The notes beneath the pieces were generated by a model. It saw nothing but the letters and a program-made list of their open reading frames with translations, did no database searches and was not told where the DNA came from. From assembly GCA_012839395.1 (NCBI GenBank), contig DUNJ01000189.1, forward strand, positions 1 to 34,982: a stretch of 34,982 nucleotides of DNA, written 5' to 3'. Positions 1 through 7,872 of this stretch are shown piece by piece. The DNA comes from Tepidimicrobium sp. (GTDB lineage: Bacteria > Bacillota > Clostridia > Tissierellales > Tepidimicrobiaceae). Every line of letters begins with the position of its first letter. Position 1 is the stretch's first letter. The translations under genes were made by a program, and so were the position numbers.

Positions 1-39
1 GTATCACTTGTTTCAACCAGATATGACAACAAGGGTGGG

Positions 40-633
40 ATGTTAAAATATCTACTATTCTATATACTAAGTATATATTTTTCCTACCTGGCCATTGGGC
101 TTCTGTTAAGCAAGGGGTATGTTCAATCCAGTGTTCTAGGTAAAATAGGAGAAATTCTACAAATACTTATGGGTATATTGTTTGCCTTACTAGCTATTTA
201 CTATTTCAGAGACTATCTAATATTGAGGCAAAATAAGGGAAAACAATTGAAGACCCAGTTGGGAAGTAGGACTAAATCTTTTATAGAAGAAAGATTAAAG
301 AATTCAATTTCCAAGGGATCTATGCTTTCACCCATAGCAAGTGGATTTATCGTTGCCGTTTTAAGCTTCTCCTGCACCGGTCAAATATATGTAGCAACTC
401 TATTCTATGTCTTATCTAAGGAAGTTTTTAGCTCTAGCATGCTTGCATACCTGTTATTCTACAATCTAATGCTTATACTTCCACTGCTAGTTTTCACCTT
501 CCTAATATATAAGGGGAAAAAGCTATTTAAAATATCCTTGGCTATCTCTAAAAGGATGAAGACCATTAAATTGATAACCTCCATATTCTTCACATTGATA
601 TCTGTATATATACTTGTAAGTATACTATTATAG
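40..633 (+). CDS. Polytopic membrane protein, possibly CcdA/DsbD_2-like. It may be 5'-truncated by the window edge.
   Basis: The 197-aa ORF has about 5 hydrophobic helices and an intramembrane SFSCTGQ motif. The reading frame stays open from nt 1 to the ATG at 40, and that ATG lies too close to the GGTGGG to use it as a spaced RBS. The true start may therefore lie upstream of the window. Confidence 0.5.
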   Translation: MLKYLLFYILSIYFSYLAIGLLLSKGYVQSSVLGKIGEILQILMGILFALLAIYYFRDYLILRQNKGKQLKTQLGSRTKSFIEERLKNSISKGSMLSPIASGFIVAVLSFSCTGQIYVATLFYVLSKEVFSSSMLAYLLFYNLMLILPLLVFTFLIYKGKKLFKISLAISKRMKTIKLITSIFFTLISVYILVSILL

Positions 634-635
634 AG

Positions 636-673
636 ATAGAGGATATGGGGAATTTCCCCATATCCTCTATTTT
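636..673. terminator. Bidirectional intrinsic terminator between convergent genes
   Basis: There is near-perfect dyad symmetry: ATAGAGGATATGGGGAA / TTCCCCATATCCTCTAT, followed by TTT. It sits between the stop at 633 (+) and the stop at 672 (-). Confidence 0.7.
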
Positions 674-1160
674 AAAATGCCTTAGCCTTTCTAAGAGCTG
701 AGTATAACGCCACTGATGTAATCGCCCCTAATAATCCTTGCATAATATTCCCCGGAATAGAAGCCACAGCCCCTTTGCCATACATAAATATTTCCGGTAT
801 AAAGTATCCAAAGGCCATAAATATTCCAGCTGTAGATGTAGCTACTATCGGTTTTCTCCGTCCAATATCCGTTTCCAATAAGCTGCCCGCTATAAAGCCT
901 TCCAAACCTTTCACTATCAATGTTATAGGAGCATAATGAGTATATCCTAATAATAGATCTGCTATAGCTGATCCAATTCCCCCTACTATAAATCCACCTT
1001 TCTTACCTAATATGATAGCCGCTAAAAATACAACCATATCTCCCAAATTTAAATACCCCTCGGTACCGATGGTAGGAATATGAATTACCATTGTCATTAC
1101 CACCGTCAAAGCCATAAGCACTGCATATCTTGTCAGTTGTCTTAGCTTCTTCTCCTCCAT
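672..1160 (-). CDS. ECF transporter S (substrate-capture) component, substrate unknown
   Basis: This is a 162-aa, six-helix small membrane protein with the GYLNLGD and GGIGSAIADLL motifs typical of ECF S components. An AAGGAGG RBS lies 8 nt upstream of the ATG. No riboswitch is recognisable in its roughly 60-nt leader. Confidence 0.75.
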   Translation of the reverse strand: MEEKKLRQLTRYAVLMALTVVMTMVIHIPTIGTEGYLNLGDMVVFLAAIILGKKGGFIVGGIGSAIADLLLGYTHYAPITLIVKGLEGFIAGSLLETDIGRRKPIVATSTAGIFMAFGYFIPEIFMYGKGAVASIPGNIMQGLLGAITSVALYSALRKAKAF

Positions 1161-1293
1161 ACCTATAACCTCCTTTTGCTCTATGTATGGGTACAGTATC
1201 GCTAATTTGGATCTGTATCTATTGTTATAATAACACTTTTAAGTTTCAATTTCAATGTTTTCATATTTATTTAAATGATTTCCTAAGAATAAG

Positions 1294-1338
1294 CATAAAA
1301 ATTCCCTATATATTGTTCAAGGCTTCAATATATAGGGA
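1294..1338 (-). terminator. Intrinsic terminator after the P-II-like gene
   Basis: On the minus strand the sequence reads TCCCTATATATTG-(10 nt)-CAATATATAGGGA followed by ATTTTTAT. Confidence 0.7.
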
Positions 1339-1345
1339 TAACATT

Positions 1346-1693
1346 CTATTGTAGGTTATCTTTATTACCCTTCTCAAATTCCTTCCTATGATATAATCCC
1401 ACTAGATTAGAAATGGGAACGGTAAATATAATCCCTGTCCCCGGCTGCTTTAGCTTTCCAACCTCAATAATAGTGTCATATATCACCTTATATTTATCCT
1501 CTTCAGTGAGTATAATTATTATCTCTTTAGAAGATTCAATATGAATATTTAAAAACCTAGCAACTTCCGTTTCCCCAGTCCCCCTTCCATAAAGAACTGT
1601 AGCCCCTTTAGCTCCTACCTTCTTCGTTTTCGCTATTATCTTATCTGCCCTTCCCCTTTCTACAATAGCTACGATGCATTTTACCGCGCCCAT
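1346..1693 (-). CDS. P-II (GlnB-like) family signal-transduction protein
   Basis: The 115-aa product has a beta-alpha-beta pattern, KCIVAIVERG...GATVLYGRGTGE...GTGIIFTVP, that aligns by eye to GlnB (GFGRQKG / GDGKIFV). An AGGAGGG RBS is present. It lies 12 nt downstream of the DUF1538 gene, so the two form a likely operon. Confidence 0.8.
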   Translation of the reverse strand: MGAVKCIVAIVERGRADKIIAKTKKVGAKGATVLYGRGTGETEVARFLNIHIESSKEIIIILTEEDKYKVIYDTIIEVGKLKQPGTGIIFTVPISNLVGLYHRKEFEKGNKDNLQ

Positions 1694-1705
1694 ATTATAT
1701 CCCTC

Positions 1706-2407
1706 CTATATCCTAGTCAATATCCCTAGAGTTAGAACCGAGATCATAGCCCCTATGGATGTAAGGCCCACTATTCCAAAGCCAGCTACAAGTGGATCTG
1801 CATTCTCTATTATTTTGGTCAGTCCAATAGCCAATGCCATATTCAATGGTATATTTACCGGACCTGTGGTTGCACTAGCAGAATCCATTGCGATTGCTAC
1901 AAATTCCTCTGGTGCTAAGAATGATAGGATTATTATCAAAGTCAATAGCGGCACTACTATCTTTATATAGGATATATCATTTAATATCTTAAATATACCT
2001 ATTCCCATTCCAGCTCCAAAACCAACTGCTACAGCATGGATCAGTACTCTATGTGGAATAGCCCCTATGGATATCTCCTCCACCTCCAATGCTAATGCCT
2101 TCAAGGCAGGCTCCACAAGGGTTCCTAGATAGCCTATGGCAAAGGCTACTAAAATTATAAGCCATTTCCTTTCCAATACTACCAGGTTTCTGCCCACGGA
2201 ATCCCCTAGGGGAAAAAGGCTCATGGAAACACCTTTAAGGAAAAAATGAAGACCGAAAACGCTTAGTAGAAATCCTACCCCAAATTCCCTAATGTTTTCA
2301 ATAGGCTTCCTAAGTATAAATAACTGAAATAGGGCAAGTATAGCAGTAAGAGGGAGAATACCTCTTAAGGTCTCCAATAACGCTCCAAGCCCCTCTATTC
2401 CTCTCAT
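1706..2407 (-). CDS. DUF1538 family integral membrane protein
   Basis: The polytopic membrane protein has a sequence style typical of DUF1538 (GLHFFLKGVSMSLFPLG, SASATTGPVNIPL). I moved the start to the internal ATG at 2407, which has AAGGAGG 6 nt upstream. The track start at 2431 has no RBS. Confidence 0.75.
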   Translation of the reverse strand: MRGIEGLGALLETLRGILPLTAILALFQLFILRKPIENIREFGVGFLLSVFGLHFFLKGVSMSLFPLGDSVGRNLVVLERKWLIILVAFAIGYLGTLVEPALKALALEVEEISIGAIPHRVLIHAVAVGFGAGMGIGIFKILNDISYIKIVVPLLTLIIILSFLAPEEFVAIAMDSASATTGPVNIPLNMALAIGLTKIIENADPLVAGFGIVGLTSIGAMISVLTLGILTRI

Positions 2408-2613
2408 GTAAATCCTCCTTCTCAATTTCATATATATCTTATCTAAGCAATATCCACATTATACTATATTTTAAGGATATATAAAAGAATTAGCTAGCAA
2501 TTCCCATAGAATACATAATATGAATACTTTATGGTTTAACTTCTTACAATTAAGGGTATAAGTAAGTGATAAAATATCTATTTATATTTTTAATATACAG
2601 GAGGTTGATAATA

Positions 2614-3288
2614 ATGGAAAAGTACATACCCGAGATAAGGTCCCAATTGCGATCTAGAATTATAGAAGTACCTTCGGTAATATATAGAGCTAGTGGAATT
2701 AAGGTTCTAGGGACTAGAATAAAGTCCCTATTATTTTCAACGGATGTATCCATTATAAAGAATAACAATGCCAATTCCATAATCGCCGTCTATCCCTTCA
2801 CCCCTCAGCTGTCTATCACCCAGGCCATATTAGAAGTAGCGCCGGTACCGGTCTTTGCGGGGGTGGGTGGGGGTCTTACCACTGGAAGAAGAGCTGTGGA
2901 CATCGCTCTTCAAGCCGAGCTTATGGGGGCCTATGGGGTGGTAGTAAACGCTCCTACTTCCAACCAAGTTATACGAAAGATGTACAACAGGATAGACATA
3001 CCTATAATTGCAACGGTTGGAACTATAGATGATGATTATAAGGGAAAATTAGATGCAGGTGCCCGGATTTTAAACATATCCGGAGGTGCAAGGACCTCTG
3101 AAATAGTCAAGCATATACGAAATGAATACGGAAAGGAATTGCCCATAATAGCAACAGGAGGACCTACAGATGAGAGCATCCTCGCGACTATAGAGGCGGG
3201 GGCAAATGCGATTACCTATACCCCTCCTACCACTGCCGAAATATTTGCCGGAGTTATGGAGCAATATAGAAATAAAAGAGAAGAATAA
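2614..3288 (+). CDS. Uncharacterised soluble protein, probably a phosphate-binding (beta/alpha)-barrel-like enzyme
   Basis: I chose the ATG at 2614 because CAGGAGG lies 9 nt upstream. The 224-aa product has alternating beta-alpha periodicity and glycine-rich motifs (FAGVGGG, IIATGGP). I do not recognise a specific function. Confidence 0.6.
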   Translation: MEKYIPEIRSQLRSRIIEVPSVIYRASGIKVLGTRIKSLLFSTDVSIIKNNNANSIIAVYPFTPQLSITQAILEVAPVPVFAGVGGGLTTGRRAVDIALQAELMGAYGVVVNAPTSNQVIRKMYNRIDIPIIATVGTIDDDYKGKLDAGARILNISGGARTSEIVKHIRNEYGKELPIIATGGPTDESILATIEAGANAITYTPPTTAEIFAGVMEQYRNKREE

Positions 3289-3325
3289 TAGAAGCCCAGA
3301 TGAATTCGGGCTTCTATTATTCTTA
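3284..3325. terminator. Bidirectional intrinsic terminator
   Basis: The hairpin is AATAATAGAAGCCC-(10 nt)-GGGCTTCTATTATT with T/A runs on both sides. It lies between convergent genes. Confidence 0.75.
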
Positions 3326-3355
3326 TTAAATTATTCTATTATAATGCCAGTTAAG

Positions 3356-4714
3356 TTATTTCCCTTCAGCAGTATACTTTGTCGTGAAGAATTCCTTAGT
3401 AAGTTTGATTACAACTCCACTCAAGCCTACTATACCTATCAAGTTTGGAATCGCCATTAATCCATTCAATGTATCAGCTATATCCCAAATAACGGTTAAT
3501 CCTCCCACTGCTCCTACGAATATAAAAGGTATGAATACCAATCTATATGGAGTGATAGCCTTAGGGCCAAATAGGAATTCCATGCAACGTTCGCCATAAT
3601 ACGACCAGCTCAACAGGGTTGAATATGCAAATAGCAATACTCCTATTGAAACTATATAACCACCTATTACTGGGATAGATGTATCAAAAGCTAACATGGT
3701 GAGAGCCGCTCCGTCTACACCTGAGCTCCATACGCCTGTTAATATTATTGATAATGCAGTTATGGTACAGACTACGATGGTGTCCATAAATACTTCAAAT
3801 ACTCCCCATAGGCCTTGACGTACTGGGTGATCTGTAGTTGCAGCCGCGTGGGCTATTGGGGCGCTACCAAGTCCTGCTTCGTTAGAGAATACCCCACGAG
3901 CAATACCCATTCTAGAGGCTAAGGCTATGGTAGAACCTGCAAATCCACCTACTGCAGCTGTTCCTGAAAATGCACCTTCGATTATTAGCTTAAATGCAGC
4001 TGGAATTTGACCTGCATACTTGGCTAGTATTACTATACCACCTATGATATAGAAGGCAGCCATAAATGGTACCAGCAGCTCTACTACCTGGGCTATCCTC
4101 TTAAGTCCACCTAGCATAACGACTGCTGCTGCTATTACTAGAATAATACCTGTGATGGCATGAGGTACATTAAATGATGTATTCATAGCATCGGCTATGG
4201 AATTTGCCTGGGTCATATTTCCTATTCCAAAGGATGCTAAAGCTCCAAACAATGCAAATAGAACAGCTAGCCATTTCCAACCTAAACCGTCTTCAATATA
4301 ATGCATCGGCCCACCTATAAATCGCCCATCATCTGTCTTCTCTCGGTACTGAACACTAAGTACTACCTCTGCAAACTTGGTGGTCATTCCAAAGATTGCG
4401 GAGATCCACATCCAAAGTACTGCACCTGGCCCCCCCATTGCTATAGCAGTGGCTACACCGGCGATATTACCGGTCCCAATAGTTGCGGCGAGTGCTGTTG
4501 CAACAGCCTGGAATGCGGTAATTTCCCCTTCCCCTACCTGTTCCTTTTCGAACATCTTCATCAGGGTGTTCTTCATAATATAACCGAACTTACCAAAAGA
4601 CATGAAATTAGTGCGTATTGTTAGGTAAATCCCCGTTCCTACTAGCAGGACTAACATTACCGGTCCCCATATAAAGCTGTTGACCGCATCGTTAATCGCC
4701 ATGAACTTATCCAT
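3356..4714 (-). CDS. Alanine/glycine(/glutamine):cation symporter, AGCS family
   Basis: About 11 TM helices are present. AGCS hallmark stretches are TAFQAVATALAATIGTGNIAGVATAI and SNEAGLGSAPIAHAAA. The start is set at MDKF (4714), which has a GGGGGT RBS. Confidence 0.9.
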   Translation of the reverse strand: MDKFMAINDAVNSFIWGPVMLVLLVGTGIYLTIRTNFMSFGKFGYIMKNTLMKMFEKEQVGEGEITAFQAVATALAATIGTGNIAGVATAIAMGGPGAVLWMWISAIFGMTTKFAEVVLSVQYREKTDDGRFIGGPMHYIEDGLGWKWLAVLFALFGALASFGIGNMTQANSIADAMNTSFNVPHAITGIILVIAAAVVMLGGLKRIAQVVELLVPFMAAFYIIGGIVILAKYAGQIPAAFKLIIEGAFSGTAAVGGFAGSTIALASRMGIARGVFSNEAGLGSAPIAHAAATTDHPVRQGLWGVFEVFMDTIVVCTITALSIILTGVWSSGVDGAALTMLAFDTSIPVIGGYIVSIGVLLFAYSTLLSWSYYGERCMEFLFGPKAITPYRLVFIPFIFVGAVGGLTVIWDIADTLNGLMAIPNLIGIVGLSGVVIKLTKEFFTTKYTAEGK

Positions 4715-4824
4715 GCTTATACCCCCTTTTATTTTATTGACTTCACTGTACCATGGGGGTTTCATTATACTACAAGAATATACTGAGTTATCAGAAATTT
4801 TGCAATTGTTCGCATATTGTGAAA

Positions 4825-5655
4825 CTATTCACAATATGACATAAGCCCAGATAAAAACTTTTTAACGTTAATCGACCCACCCTTATCTACCTTGCCACGT
4901 ATATACTCCATCTCCAACCTAACCTGTTCAAAATTAAAAAGACTATTGGAATATTCCACAAACACTTCATTCATATAATCTTCCAATCCTAAATTTGCAA
5001 TGTTAGCCATTCCCGCAGCTATACTTCGTCTCATCCTTTGCTCCATAGACTTAGGATTTTCAGTAAAATAACTACATATTTCCCTCAAGGTTGTGTTGTT
5101 TAAATCTACTCTGTTTTTTAATAGATACTTACAGACCTCTATTATATCACTACTGCCTTTCTCACCAATAATCCCTATTTTCATTAGAACATTTTTAGTA
5201 CATTGTTCAAAAAAACCTATGGGGCTTATCATTTCACTATTGTTTTCGCTATCAAATATCTCCTGGATCCTTAACATCTTCCTACTAACTTGAATCCGTT
5301 CTATTACCTTCTCAATTATGATTCTCATCTCAGTACTACTTAGTGGCTTATATACATAATATTCTACGCCATGCCTATATGCCCTTTCTACCATATCCTT
5401 AGATACATCTCCTGAAATCATTATGAAACAGGTATCAAAATCTTCTTTTTTTACCTGTTTTACAATTGTCAATCCGTCTATAGTAGGTATATCCAGGTTT
5501 AATATTACAATATCTGGTACAATAGCTTTTATCTTGCTTAAAGCTACTTTGCCATCCTTTTCCTCTCCAACCACTATTCCCAACTCGTTATCTTCTATTA
5601 TCCTCGTCAACTTATGAATCACATCTGGGCTCTCGTCCACTAAAAAAAATCTCAC
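4825..5655 (-). CDS. Response regulator of the GlnL/YcbB type (receiver domain plus YcbB-like output domain)
   Basis: The gene uses a GTG start with GGAGGGG upstream. The receiver domain is canonical: DE pocket (FLVDES), phospho-Asp (LNLDIP), Ser (IMISG) and Lys (YKP). The C-terminal roughly 150 aa (GEKGSSDI, MEQRMRR) resembles the YcbB/GlnL output domain. No histidine kinase is adjacent. Confidence 0.75.
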   Translation of the reverse strand: MRFFLVDESPDVIHKLTRIIEDNELGIVVGEEKDGKVALSKIKAIVPDIVILNLDIPTIDGLTIVKQVKKEDFDTCFIMISGDVSKDMVERAYRHGVEYYVYKPLSSTEMRIIIEKVIERIQVSRKMLRIQEIFDSENNSEMISPIGFFEQCTKNVLMKIGIIGEKGSSDIIEVCKYLLKNRVDLNNTTLREICSYFTENPKSMEQRMRRSIAAGMANIANLGLEDYMNEVFVEYSNSLFNFEQVRLEMEYIRGKVDKGGSINVKKFLSGLMSYCE

Positions 5656-6113
5656 TTAGTAATCCCCTCCAATCTAAGCGTTGGAATAGATCTCTAAATT
5701 AAAACCGCTAATTTTAAGGGTTCTTACCACCCTCTTGCCTTTAATTGAAGTGCTTTTTGATACGCTTCCCCCTCCTTTCTTTCCCCTACCTTTATTATAT
5801 TACATTTTGAAGAGTTTTCCCATTATTCAGTCTTTTTTAGGTGCATATTTTATCTAAATTACTTAATTATAATAAGTTGTTTTAAACAATAAGGCGAAAA
5901 ACAAGTTCACAACAGCCACTAATTCCCATGTGCCCGCTGATCTACCGCCATTCTCAATGCTTATGGATACGAATATATTTGTTAATTGCATGGTCAATAT
6001 AAAATAAATTGTTGTATATGCTGGCAATATCTGACATTGTGGGTTAGGCCTATTATGCTCCCTATTGACTATCTCTATAAAATTATTATTACTTTAAATT
6101 CTATTTTAAGTAT

Positions 6114-6142
6114 TGTAAACCTTATTAATTTATAGGTTGACA
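6114..6142 (+). promoter_or_regulatory. BirA operator O1 (bioO-like inverted repeat)
   Basis: The site TGTAAACC-N13-GGTTGACA overlaps the -35 box of the bioY promoter. Its half-sites match the classical bio operator half-site TGTAAACC / GGTTTACA. Confidence 0.7.
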
Positions 6143-6165
6143 ATTAAGGTTCAGTCGATTATACT
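6138..6165 (+). promoter_or_regulatory. SigmaA-type promoter of bioY
   Basis: TTGACA (6138-6143), a 16-nt spacer and TATACT (6160-6165) lie about 50 nt upstream of the bioY ATG. Confidence 0.6.
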
Positions 6166-6170
6166 TTAAT

Positions 6171-6199
6171 TGTCAACCAAATTCATTTCATAGTTTACA
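6171..6199 (+). promoter_or_regulatory. BirA operator O2 (second bioO-like repeat)
   Basis: The site TGTCAACC-N13-AGTTTACA has the same 13-nt spacer as O1. It lies between the -10 box and the AAGGAG RBS of bioY. Confidence 0.55.
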
Positions 6200-6214
6200 T
6201 TAAGGAGTGATTGA

Positions 6215-6769
6215 ATGAAATTATCCATAAGAGAAATGATATTGATTTCCTTGTTCACAGCCCTAACGGCAATTGGGGCTTTTATAAGCATACCCATAGG
6301 TGATGTACCGATCACCTTACAGAGCATGTTTTCCTTACTTGCGGGCTTATTGCTTGGCCCAAAGTTGGGAGCTTTATCGCAGTTGGTATATGTTCTATTG
6401 GGCCTTTCTGGTATCAGGATATTTGCAGGTTTTTCCGGTGGCCCCCAAACAATATTCAAGCCCAGCTTTGGATTTTTAATTGGATTTATATTTGCAGCTT
6501 TAATAGTAGGCAAGTTCATTCATGACGGAAAATTAACTGGTCTAAAGGGTATAGTTTTAACAGCCTTTTTAGGAACCTTTGTCATATACCTATTTGGTAT
6601 ATCCCATATGTACATTATTTTAAACAAGATGATGGATAAGGCTATTTCCCTTTCTGCTACTATAAAGATGGGGTGTCTAATCTTTTTACCGGGGGATATA
6701 TTAAAAGCCATTCTAACATCTTTTATAGCATTTAAAGTGCTGGAAAGATTGAAGACAGATAGGATATAG
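6215..6769 (+). CDS. bioY: Biotin transporter BioY (ECF S component)
   Basis: The 184-aa product carries the BioY signature stretch FISIPIGDVPITLQSMFSLLAGLLLGPKLGA. An AAGGAG RBS is present. BirA operators lie upstream and birA is adjacent. Confidence 0.9.
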   Translation: MKLSIREMILISLFTALTAIGAFISIPIGDVPITLQSMFSLLAGLLLGPKLGALSQLVYVLLGLSGIRIFAGFSGGPQTIFKPSFGFLIGFIFAALIVGKFIHDGKLTGLKGIVLTAFLGTFVIYLFGISHMYIILNKMMDKAISLSATIKMGCLIFLPGDILKAILTSFIAFKVLERLKTDRI

Positions 6770-6785
6770 GACATACCATGAAGGA

Positions 6786-7772
6786 TCAATTGTCCATATA
6801 CCCCCGCAACCCGCGAATGGATACTTCGCCAGAAAATATTTTCTCTATATTGCCATCATCATATTCAACTACTAGCTGGCCTTCATCATCTATGGTCAGC
6901 ACCCTCCCGATCTTTTCCGTATGGGATCCTATTATTCGCACATCTTTACCCGTCAAATTGGATGCCTGCCTCGATATCTCAATAGTTCTAGATATATCCC
7001 CATCCCTTATAAATGGGATATATAGCTCTTCAAAGCGATTTAAAACATATGCTAATAATTTCTTTCTATCTACCCTACCTCCCACAACCTCCCGCAAGGA
7101 TATGGCCTTATCTGCTAACTGATTACTTAAGTCCCGTTTATCTAGTCCTATATTTATGCCCATCCCCATAATTACATGGCTTATCATATTCAACTCACAA
7201 TTCATCTCCGTTAAGATGCCAGACACCTTCCTATTATCTATAATTATATCGTTTGGCCATTTTATATAGGACCTTATTCCCATATCTTTTAGAGCTAAAT
7301 TAACCGCTGCTGCTCCTATCAACGTTATCTTAGCAACCTTCAGCGGGGACATCTTAGGTTTTAATATGAGGCTCATCCATATACCCTTACCCTTTGGGGA
7401 TACCCAGCCTCTTCCAAGCCTTCCCCTTCCCTTGGTTTGCTCTTCAGCTACAACTATGGTGCCCTCCTCCACCTTCTTAGCAACTTCCTTTGCTTCTGTA
7501 TTAGTAGAGGATAGGCTATTGTAATACAAAATATTCCTACCTATAAAATCCGTATTTAGATATTCCTCTATCTCCTCAAGGGTTAGTATGTCTGGAGAGT
7601 GTATAAGCCTATATCCCCTCCTAGGAACCGATTCTATCTCATACCCCTCCTCCCTTAATATGTTCATGTACTTCCATATAGCCGATCGGCTTACCCCAAA
7701 CTTTTGACTAATATCCTCCCCGGATATAAAGTCATTATTAGATTTTAATAATCTCACTATATCCGCTTTCAT
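6786..7772 (-). CDS. birA: Bifunctional biotin-[acetyl-CoA-carboxylase] ligase / biotin operon repressor BirA
   Basis: There is an N-terminal winged HTH (ISGEDISQKFGVSRSAIWKYMNILREEG). The biotin-binding loop GRGRLGRGW and the KWPNDI motif are present, together with a C-terminal SH3-like tail. Confidence 0.92.
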   Translation of the reverse strand: MKADIVRLLKSNNDFISGEDISQKFGVSRSAIWKYMNILREEGYEIESVPRRGYRLIHSPDILTLEEIEEYLNTDFIGRNILYYNSLSSTNTEAKEVAKKVEEGTIVVAEEQTKGRGRLGRGWVSPKGKGIWMSLILKPKMSPLKVAKITLIGAAAVNLALKDMGIRSYIKWPNDIIIDNRKVSGILTEMNCELNMISHVIMGMGINIGLDKRDLSNQLADKAISLREVVGGRVDRKKLLAYVLNRFEELYIPFIRDGDISRTIEISRQASNLTGKDVRIIGSHTEKIGRVLTIDDEGQLVVEYDDGNIEKIFSGEVSIRGLRGYMDN

Positions 7773-7872
7773 CTATTCACATCCTGATCATATATTCTAC
7801 CTTTATATTATACATTATGCCTTTTTACAAATATAGATGGTAGCATATATTGATATAATAAAATATCATTTC

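Noticed and set aside
1161-1293. Possible riboswitch (TPP, preQ1 or similar) upstream of the ECF S-component gene
   Set aside because: After a plausible promoter the leader is only about 50-60 nt. It contains none of the conserved cores I know (no CUGAGA/ACCUGA for TPP, no preQ1-type hairpin plus A-rich tail).
1674-1970. 98-aa plus-strand ORF, together with many similar track ORFs: 3384..3599, 4301..4624, 4377..4583, 5093..5293, 5423..5617, 6166..6519, 6520..6789, 6778..7122, 8606..8836, 11161..11610, 12087..12990 set, 14557..14835, 17790..18188, 19963..20214, 21787..22005, 23495..23701, 24613..25180, 25490..25687, 25986..26570, 27188..27460, 27706..27891, 28361..29281, 29664..30336, 31960..32391, 32392..33012, 33993..34253
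   Set aside because: All lie antisense to, and fully inside, much longer ORFs with clear family signatures. They lack RBSs, and their low-complexity composition is typical of shadow frames in AT-rich DNA.
2550-2780. 76-aa minus-strand ORF, and the N-terminal extension (2566-2613) of the plus-strand ORF
   Set aside because: The region is AT-rich promoter and leader sequence. The plus-strand gene has a clear CAGGAGG RBS in front of the ATG at 2614, and the minus ORF has no RBS and overlaps that start.
3206-3460. 84-aa plus-strand ORF spanning the terminator between convergent genes
   Set aside because: It runs through a strong terminator hairpin and into the antisense of the AGCS gene. It has no RBS.
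4721-4760. ACCCCC/GGGGGU pairing that could sequester the RBS of the AGCS symporter
   Set aside because: The best -10 box (TATAAT, 4764-4769, minus strand) would place the transcription start inside the anti-SD arm. The hairpin would then exist only in read-through transcripts, so it is too speculative.
5700-5760. T-box-like GGGTGGTA sequence (minus strand AGAGGGTGGTAAGAACCC) in the response-regulator leader
   Set aside because: Only a partial match to the T-box core (AGGGTGGNACCGCG) is present. I saw no specifier loop, no Stem I features, no terminator/antiterminator pair and no aminoacyl-tRNA-related downstream gene.
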